Shown here: piece by piece, positions 57,459 through 64,000 of the stretch
How the letters are laid out: each line of letters opens with the position of its first letter
How positions within the stretch are numbered: the first letter of the stretch is position 1
Assembly: GCA_035283785.1 (NCBI GenBank)
Contig: DATETG010000005.1
Span: forward strand, 2,902 to 66,901
DNA: 64,000 nucleotides
Reading direction: 5' to 3'
DNA from: Candidatus Nanoarchaeia archaeon
Lineage (GTDB): Archaea > Nanobdellota > Nanobdellia > Pacearchaeales > GW2011-AR1
Translations under genes and position numbers: made by a program
Notes under the pieces: model-generated
What the model saw: the letters and a program-made list of their open reading frames with translations, nothing else
What the model was told of the DNA's origin: nothing
Database searches by the model: none

Positions 57459-59069
57459 ATGGATTCAAAAGAGATAATTAATTTTTGCATAGAAAAGGGG
57501 ATTTTGATAGATAAGGAGCTCTTGAATATTTTTGAAGATGCCAATGATATCAATTCCGTAAAGATTATTTTAGAAAAAATCCTGGAACAGACCTCACAAA
57601 AGATAATAACAAAAAAAATCTTCAGTCAGAATCGCGAGCATGTTTACAAAGTTTTTTCCTCTCTCCCAAATGAACAGAAGAACAATCTGGATAAATTGAG
57701 AATAAACCTAGGACTTAGCATAGAAATTTCTAGAGAGGGTCATCAACCAAAAATTCTTGATGAACAAGCAGTGTCTGAGAATGAACTCCGAAACGTTAAA
57801 GTCCTCTCTTCTAGCCTTCCCCCCACAAAAAAGCTAGAAGTCAAAGATTTTTCAAAACACTTTTCCCAGAGATATGTCGATCTGAGGAAAATTCTCCAGG
57901 AGCATCCTGGACTTTCAAATTTAATTTCTATAAACAAACTTTCAAAAGCGAATCAGGAATTCTCAATCATAGGAATCATTTACAACAAAACTACAACGAA
58001 AAATAATAACCTTATTTTTGAAGTTGAAGATTTGACAGGGAGGATGAAAGTGATAGTCACACAGAAAAATAAGGAAGTTTATCAAAATGCAGAGAATCTT
58101 CCGTTGGATTCGGTAGTTGCATTTAAAGGCTCCGGAAACAGCGAAATACTTTTTGTCGACGAGGTTATTCTCCCAGATGCCTTTTTACTCGAAAGAAAAA
58201 AATCACTGAATGACGAGTGGGCATTGTTTATAAGCGATGTTCACGTCGGAAGCCGTAACTTCATGGAAGAAAATTTTCTAAAATTTATTGATTATCTCAA
58301 CGGAAATATTCCGGGCACTCCTGAAGCAAAAAAGATAAAATATCTTTTTATTGTCGGAGATTTAGTGGCAGGTGTAGGAGTTTATCCTAATCAGGAAAAG
58401 GAGCTTGCAATAAAGGACATTGAAGGTCAATACACAAAAATGGCAGAACTTCTTTCAAAGATAAGGAGAGATATAAGAATAATCATAATTCCTGGCAATC
58501 ATGATTGTGTCAGATTAATGGAGCCGCAACCAATACTGGACGAAAAATATGCATGGGCACTCTATAATCTGGAGAACGTAACTCTCGTGCCGAATCCTTC
58601 CTTGGTGAATATCGGTTCAACAGAAACATTTGAGGGATTCAATGTTTTGATGTATCATGGTTTTTCCTACTTTTACTATGTTCATAACATTCCAAGCCTT
58701 ATAGAGGGAGAAGCATCAAAATCTCCCGACAAGGTCATGGCTTATTTGTTGAAGAACAGACATATTGCTCCAACACATGCCTCAAATCAGTATCTCCCTT
58801 CAGAACAAGATGGGTTGATGATCCGTATTGTTCCGGACATATTCGTTTCAGGACATACACACAAAAATTCAATTTCGTATTACAACAACATTCTGATCAT
58901 TTCCAACGCCTGCTGGGAAGAATTGATGCCCTATCAAGAGAAAATGGGATTTGAATCGGATTATTGCAAAGTCCCGATGTTTAATCTAAAGACTCGCGAG
59001 ACAAAAATCCTGGATTTTTTAGGGGAAAAGAAAAAAAGCAATCCTGAGGAAATTTTAAATGAAAATTAA
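57459..59069 (+). CDS. polB: DNA polymerase II (PolD) small subunit DP1
   Basis: C-terminal calcineurin-like phosphoesterase motifs (FISDVHVGS, GDLVAG, IPGNHD, GHTH), with N-terminal and OB domains. Confidence 0.9.
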   Translation: MDSKEIINFCIEKGILIDKELLNIFEDANDINSVKIILEKILEQTSQKIITKKIFSQNREHVYKVFSSLPNEQKNNLDKLRINLGLSIEISREGHQPKILDEQAVSENELRNVKVLSSSLPPTKKLEVKDFSKHFSQRYVDLRKILQEHPGLSNLISINKLSKANQEFSIIGIIYNKTTTKNNNLIFEVEDLTGRMKVIVTQKNKEVYQNAENLPLDSVVAFKGSGNSEILFVDEVILPDAFLLERKKSLNDEWALFISDVHVGSRNFMEENFLKFIDYLNGNIPGTPEAKKIKYLFIVGDLVAGVGVYPNQEKELAIKDIEGQYTKMAELLSKIRRDIRIIIIPGNHDCVRLMEPQPILDEKYAWALYNLENVTLVPNPSLVNIGSTETFEGFNVLMYHGFSYFYYVHNIPSLIEGEASKSPDKVMAYLLKNRHIAPTHASNQYLPSEQDGLMIRIVPDIFVSGHTHKNSISYYNNILIISNACWEELMPYQEKMGFESDYCKVPMFNLKTRETKILDFLGEKKKSNPEEILNEN

Positions 59070-60018
59070 TGATAGAGTTTATGGCGAAGAGGAAATAAAC
59101 GAGAAAGTTTTAATTGACTTGATAAATTCAGATGAAGTGCAAAGATTGAAGAAAATTTCTCAGCAAGGGCTTCCGGAAGAGTACTGCCGCGAACCTACAT
59201 TTTCACGATATGAACATTCTCTTGGTGTGATGATTTTGTTAAAAAGGCTAAATGCAAATCTGGACGAGCAAATTGCAGGACTGATACATGATGTTTCTCA
59301 CACCGCGTTTTCTCATGTTACGGAACTGTTATTTGGAGACCCAAGAAAAGATGATTATCAAGACAAAAAACATCAGATATTTGTAGAAAATTCTGAAATC
59401 CCGGAAATCCTCGAGAAGCACGGATTTAATTGCAAGAAAATTATCAATTTGAAAAATTTTTCCCTTCTTGAAAATGAGGTTCCCGACTTGTGTGCTGATA
59501 GGTTTGATTATGCGATAAGGGAAATTTTTATGGAGAATGAAAAGGATAAGATTGATTATATCATTAAGAGCCTGATAAATTGCGGAGGTAGAATGGCGTT
59601 TAGTTCATACGAGGCCGCAAAAATTTTTGCACTCAGTTTTTTGAAATGCCAGGTTTATCATTGGGGTAGTGACGAAGCGAAAATCAGATTTAAAATTCTT
59701 GCAGAGATATTGGACTACGGGCTAAAAAAAGGAATTATCTCCAACAGAGATTTATGGAAGGACGACGAGTTTGTTCTTTCTTTACTTAGAGGAGCCAACG
59801 ATGGAAAAATAAGTCGCGGATTTGAACTGCTCGAACGAGGTTCTGTTGTAGATTTGGAAGATTATAACAAGAATCTTATTAAAAAATTTAGGTATGTTGA
59901 TCCCCTGATTATTGTCGAGGGAGATTTATTCAGGCTGTCCGATGTTCTAGAAGATTATAAAAAATTACTGGAAATCGAAAAAGAAAAATCAATGAGCATA
60001 AATTCCAAAAAAGAATAA
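59059..60018 (+). CDS. HD-domain metal-dependent phosphohydrolase
   Basis: YEHSLGV...LIHDVSHTAFSH (H...HD...H motifs). It is inserted between polD DP1 and DP2. Confidence 0.7.
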   Translation: MKINDRVYGEEEINEKVLIDLINSDEVQRLKKISQQGLPEEYCREPTFSRYEHSLGVMILLKRLNANLDEQIAGLIHDVSHTAFSHVTELLFGDPRKDDYQDKKHQIFVENSEIPEILEKHGFNCKKIINLKNFSLLENEVPDLCADRFDYAIREIFMENEKDKIDYIIKSLINCGGRMAFSSYEAAKIFALSFLKCQVYHWGSDEAKIRFKILAEILDYGLKKGIISNRDLWKDDEFVLSLLRGANDGKISRGFELLERGSVVDLEDYNKNLIKKFRYVDPLIIVEGDLFRLSDVLEDYKKLLEIEKEKSMSINSKKE

Positions 60019-60019
60019 A

Positions 60020-63000
60020 ATGAACACCAATGAATATTTTCATGAAATTGAATCGAAGGTCAGAGAGGTCTATAAAATCGCCAATATCGCAAGGAGCAAA
60101 GGATATGATCCTGTAGACAAAGTAGAGATTCCTTTGGCAAGAAGCCTGGCAGAAAAAGTTGTCGGGCTTATCAGCACGATTTACCCTCAAATGGAAGACA
60201 AAGGGATTGCTGAAAGAATTTTGGAACTTGAAAAAAAATTTGGGAAACTTGATCCTGCCGTTTGCTTGCAAATCGCCGAAGAAGTTGCTAGAAGGAAATT
60301 TTGTGAATTTTCATCAGAGATTCAGGCGATTGAAGCCGGAGCGAGAATTGCATTTGCATATACTACACTGGGGGTGGTCTCATCTCCTATCGAAGGACTT
60401 ACTGAAATAAAAGCCGTCGAAACACCCTCGGGAAAATATTTGTCTGCTTATTATTCAGGACCCATCAGAAGCGCAGGAGGAACAGGTGCCGCATTCTCAC
60501 TCCTTATAATTGACTATTTAAGAGAATTGTTTGGTTATGAAAAATACATCCCTCGGGAAGAAGAAGTGAAAAGAACAGTGATAGAAGTAATGGACTACCA
60601 TGAAAGAATCACCAACTTGCAATATTTTCCGACAGAAGAGGAATTATATTTTCTTGCAAGGAACATTCCAATTCAGGTTAACGGAGAAGCATCAACAAAA
60701 GTGGAAGTTTCAAATTACAAAAATCTCGAAAGAGTGCATACTAATTACATTCGCGGAGGTCTTTGTTTAACAATTGCCGAAGGTTTGGCCCAAAAAGCCG
60801 CCAAGATAAGAAGGTATGCTTCTTCCCTAAAAGATAAGGGGTTCAAGATAAGCGATTGGAATTTTCTTGAGGAATATTGTGAGATTCATTCGCGGCGAGA
60901 CACTGGGAAGTCGGACAATTCTCCGACATATTTGAACGAACTTGTTGCAGGTCGTCCGATTTTTGGACATCCCTCAGCGTCGGGAGCTTTCAGATTTAGA
61001 TACGGGAGGAATAGAATTAGTGGTTTCAGCGCCGCTTCAATACATCCTGCTACAATGGCAATTACGGATTCTTTTATTGCGACAGGAACTCAACTGAAAT
61101 TAGAAAAACCCACAAAAGGATGTGCAATAACTGTATGTGATAATATCGACGGACCGATTGTCAAACTTTTCAGTGGGAGTGTAAGAAGATTAAAAGACAA
61201 GAATGAAGCAAAAAAAATATATCCTGACGTGGAAGAGATAATTTATCTTGGAGATATTCTCTTTCCATTCAGTGATCTTAGCAACAGGAATCATAACTTA
61301 ATCAAGCCGGGTTACGTCGAAGAATGGTGGAACCTAGAACTCCGGGAAAAAAATCCAGAATCAAAAGTAGACTTTTCCAATGTCTCATTTGACGAGGCAA
61401 TAAAAATCAGCAAGGATTTCGGAATTCCTCTGCATCCCGAATACATTTTTTACTGGACAGAAATTTCAAGAGAAAATCTTGACTCCTTTCTCGAATGGAT
61501 GAAACATTCAAAAATTGAAAAAAAAATAATCCTTCCCTTTACAGAAGAGCACAGAAAAAAGTTTTCAGGCGGTAAAAGAGCATTGGAACTTTTGGGGATC
61601 GAACACGATGTAGTTATTGAAAATGTTGTGATCTCCGAAGAAAATAGCAAGGCCATTTTGGCAAACCTTGGGATTAGCCCGTTCGTTTTGGAGGATAATA
61701 AACAAATCTTGAACGAGATGGAACTTTTAAAACAAAAACTAATTTCTCATGAAGGAAATATTTTAGATTTTATCAATAGTGTTTCTGCATTTGAAATAAA
61801 AAACAAAGCAGGAAGCTTTATAGGTTCACGTATGGGGCGTCCTGAAAAGGCAAAGCTCAGGAAGCTTATTGGCAGCCCAAACATCCTTTTTCCCGTAGGT
61901 AGCGAAGGTGGCAGATTGAGGAGTTTGAACGCCGCTGTTGAGGTGGGGACAGTGAATAATTCTTTCCCTCTCTTTTATTGTGAGAAGTGCAACAAAGAAA
62001 CCATTTACTCTTCGTGTGAAAACTGCGACGGAAAAACGCAAAAAATGTTTTATTGTCATGACTGTAGAAAAAAAACTCTGGAAAAATGCACAGAGCACGA
62101 GAGAGTTTACAATTATGCCAGAAAAGAGTTAAACATAAAAGAGTATTTTGAAAAAGCCTTGAGCAAAATAGGAATGAGAAGAGAGGAAGCACCTGCTTTG
62201 ATTAAGGGAGTAAGAGGCACTTCCTCGTCAGACCATAAACTTGAACATTTGAGCAAAGGAATTTTGCGTGCTGTTTTCGGACTGCAAGTTAATAAAGACG
62301 GTACTGTGAGAATCGACGCTACAGAACTCCCCTTGGTAGCTTTTAAGCCAAAAGAAATTTCGGTGAGCGTTGAAAAACTGCGAGAACTCGGATATGGGAC
62401 AGACATCTTTGGAGAGAATTTGACCTACAGCGAACAAATTCTAGAATTGAAGCCACATGATATTTTGCTTCCATGCTCCTTAGAATCCGGAGAAGAAAGA
62501 ACAGATGAAATTTTTATTAGAATCTGTAATTTTGTGGATTCACTTCTTGAAAATCTTTATGGAATAAAAGGGATTTACAATGTTTCAAAGAGAGAGGACT
62601 TGGTCGGGACGCTTGGAGTTTGCATGGCTCCTCACAATTGTGCAGGAGTAATCTGCCGCATCATAGGGTTTACAAATACCCAGGGATTGTTTGCCAGCCC
62701 GTATATGCACGCAGCGATCAGAAGAGATTGCGACGGGGACGAGGCTGCAATAATGCTTCTTGGAGATGTTGTTCTGAATTTTTCAAGAGAGTTTCTTCCA
62801 AAACATCGAGGAGGAACCCAAGATGCACCTTTGGTTTTGAATGCAAAAATAGACGCAGGAGAAGTTGATGACCAAATACTGGATTTTGAACTTTTGAAGG
62901 AATATCCCTTGGAATTGTACAGATTTGCAGAGCAGGGAAAGCATTCCTCTTCGATAAAACTTCACGACGTTAGAAAGGCCTTGTTGAAAGGAGAAGATCC

Positions 63001-63478
63001 ATTTGTAAATTTGGGGTTTACCCATGACACTTCTGATATCAATGAAGGGGTTACCTGTTCGTCCTACAAATCACTCGCGACAATGCAGGACAAACTTTAT
63101 CATCAAATGCAGCTTGTTGAAAAACTCCGCTGTGTTGATACTGCGGATACAGCAAAACTTGTTATCGACAAACATTTCATAAAGGACATGAGGGGTAATC
63201 TGAGAAGGTTCTCAACCCAAACTTTCAGGTGCGTTGAATGCAATGAGATAATGAGACGCCCACCTATCAAGGGCACATGCATAAAATGCAACGGGAAAAT
63301 AATCTTCACCGTAAATGAAGGCGGAATAAAGAAATACCTCGACGTTGCAATTGAACTTGCGGAAAAATACAAGCCATCGAAGTATATGCAACAAAATCTT
63401 GAAATGATTAAAAGATACATTGACAGCATTTTTGGAAAAGATCCGGAAAAACAAGAGGCATTGAAGAAGTGGTTTTAG
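60020..63478 (+). CDS. polC: DNA polymerase II (PolD) large subunit DP2, intein-free
   Basis: 1152 aa. The Cys clusters CEKCNKETIYSSCENCDG...CHDCRK and CVECNE...CIKCNG are typical of DP2. No intein-sized insertions. Confidence 0.95.
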   Translation: MNTNEYFHEIESKVREVYKIANIARSKGYDPVDKVEIPLARSLAEKVVGLISTIYPQMEDKGIAERILELEKKFGKLDPAVCLQIAEEVARRKFCEFSSEIQAIEAGARIAFAYTTLGVVSSPIEGLTEIKAVETPSGKYLSAYYSGPIRSAGGTGAAFSLLIIDYLRELFGYEKYIPREEEVKRTVIEVMDYHERITNLQYFPTEEELYFLARNIPIQVNGEASTKVEVSNYKNLERVHTNYIRGGLCLTIAEGLAQKAAKIRRYASSLKDKGFKISDWNFLEEYCEIHSRRDTGKSDNSPTYLNELVAGRPIFGHPSASGAFRFRYGRNRISGFSAASIHPATMAITDSFIATGTQLKLEKPTKGCAITVCDNIDGPIVKLFSGSVRRLKDKNEAKKIYPDVEEIIYLGDILFPFSDLSNRNHNLIKPGYVEEWWNLELREKNPESKVDFSNVSFDEAIKISKDFGIPLHPEYIFYWTEISRENLDSFLEWMKHSKIEKKIILPFTEEHRKKFSGGKRALELLGIEHDVVIENVVISEENSKAILANLGISPFVLEDNKQILNEMELLKQKLISHEGNILDFINSVSAFEIKNKAGSFIGSRMGRPEKAKLRKLIGSPNILFPVGSEGGRLRSLNAAVEVGTVNNSFPLFYCEKCNKETIYSSCENCDGKTQKMFYCHDCRKKTLEKCTEHERVYNYARKELNIKEYFEKALSKIGMRREEAPALIKGVRGTSSSDHKLEHLSKGILRAVFGLQVNKDGTVRIDATELPLVAFKPKEISVSVEKLRELGYGTDIFGENLTYSEQILELKPHDILLPCSLESGEERTDEIFIRICNFVDSLLENLYGIKGIYNVSKREDLVGTLGVCMAPHNCAGVICRIIGFTNTQGLFASPYMHAAIRRDCDGDEAAIMLLGDVVLNFSREFLPKHRGGTQDAPLVLNAKIDAGEVDDQILDFELLKEYPLELYRFAEQGKHSSSIKLHDVRKALLKGEDPFVNLGFTHDTSDINEGVTCSSYKSLATMQDKLYHQMQLVEKLRCVDTADTAKLVIDKHFIKDMRGNLRRFSTQTFRCVECNEIMRRPPIKGTCIKCNGKIIFTVNEGGIKKYLDVAIELAEKYKPSKYMQQNLEMIKRYIDSIFGKDPEKQEALKKWF

Positions 63479-63543
63479 GGAGAAAATGAACGAAGGAAAT
63501 AATTAACAATAATCTTTTAATATCAAACTACTTTTGATTTTTC

Positions 63544-63885
63544 ATGGAGGTTCTTAGAGAAGAAAGCAGAACAAAAACTTTCCTGTGGATTTTTTCACTT
63601 TTTGTTGCCTATGTTGGGCTTATTGGATTTACGTGTTTTATATTCGAGGAATCTTTGCAACTGCAGAGTTTTACAGCATTCATGTATGTAAATTCGGAAG
63701 ATTGGAATGGTTTGGAAGAGCACGTCAAACTTATGGAAAAAACGCAAAATTTTGCAGAAATCTGGATTAAAGGCATTGGATGGTCAAACCCAATAATGTG
63801 GCCAGCGTTTTTGTCTTATCTGGAATCTAATGACGCGTATATAAAATCATTAAAAAGAAAAATTGAATTCGAACAGAACAAATAA
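63544..63885 (+). CDS. hypothetical membrane protein
   Basis: 113 aa with one clear TM (FLWIFSLFVAYVGLIGFTCFIF) and Trp-rich segments. Confidence 0.3.
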   Translation: MEVLREESRTKTFLWIFSLFVAYVGLIGFTCFIFEESLQLQSFTAFMYVNSEDWNGLEEHVKLMEKTQNFAEIWIKGIGWSNPIMWPAFLSYLESNDAYIKSLKRKIEFEQNK

Positions 63886-63938
63886 CTTTCTTTTCTTTGC
63901 ACAATAATTTTATAAATGTCTTTTATTTAATTATTCAA

Positions 63939-64000
63939 ATGAGAAAAGAGGTTTTGTTTTTACTTGTATTTTTTACAGTAAGTATTTTCCTTGCTGCCGG
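63939..64000 (+). CDS. 5' end of a secreted/membrane protein; runs off the window
   Basis: MRKEVLFLLVFFTVSIFLAA... signal-peptide-like start with no stop before the window end. Confidence 0.3.
   Translation, partial: MRKEVLFLLVFFTVSIFLAA

Noticed and set aside
60020-63478. Intein in PolD DP2
   Set aside because: The length (1152 aa) and the continuous conserved blocks fit an intein-free DP2. There is no LAGLIDADG or HNH-like insertion.

Overview
This 64 kb window is AT-rich archaeal chromosome with DPANN/Nanoarchaeota-like character. The archaeal call rests on AglB/STT3, PolD DP1+DP2, Orc1/Cdc6, RpoN/RpoF/RpoD, r-proteins L21e/L18e, an intron-containing tRNA and a stand-alone 5S rRNA. Coding density is high and genes often overlap by a few nt.

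Layout:
- 1-34.4 kb: a ~34 kb surface-glycan / N-glycosylation island. It holds aglH-like GlcNAc-1-P transferase, aglB, wecB/wecC-like UDP-ManNAcA genes, at least 7 glycosyltransferases including a GT10 fucosyltransferase, two NDP-hexose C-methyltransferase paralogs, and an ArnD-like deacetylase. It also holds a FemAB-like transferase, a Wzx-like flippase, and a GatZ-like / nucleotidyltransferase-kinase / KdsC-like module.
- 34.5-36.9 kb: SecDF.
- 36.9-37.5 kb: tRNA-Gly, tRNA-Leu, intron-containing tRNA-Arg and a 5S rRNA with its own BRE/TATA promoter.
- 38-43 kb: RNase P protein Rpp21, an ICMT-family methyltransferase, rpoN, a secreted protein and a MacB-type ABC transporter.
- 43.2-48.4 kb: an r-protein/RNAP cluster (L21e, rpoF, DUF655, S13, S4, S11, rpoD, a tRNA, L18e, L13, S9).
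- 50.5-55.5 kb: a cassette bounded by a serine recombinase. It carries repeated palindromic motifs, an iteron-like array, and two paralogous coiled-coil + winged-helix proteins whose linkers are encoded by simple-sequence repeats.
- 55.6-56.1 kb: oriC (ORB / AT-rich DUE / mini-ORB).
- 56.2-63.5 kb: orc1/cdc6, polD small subunit, an HD-domain gene and polD large subunit.

Two genes look frameshifted at homopolymer tracts, and one glycosyltransferase is a truncated paralog. No CRISPR array is present.
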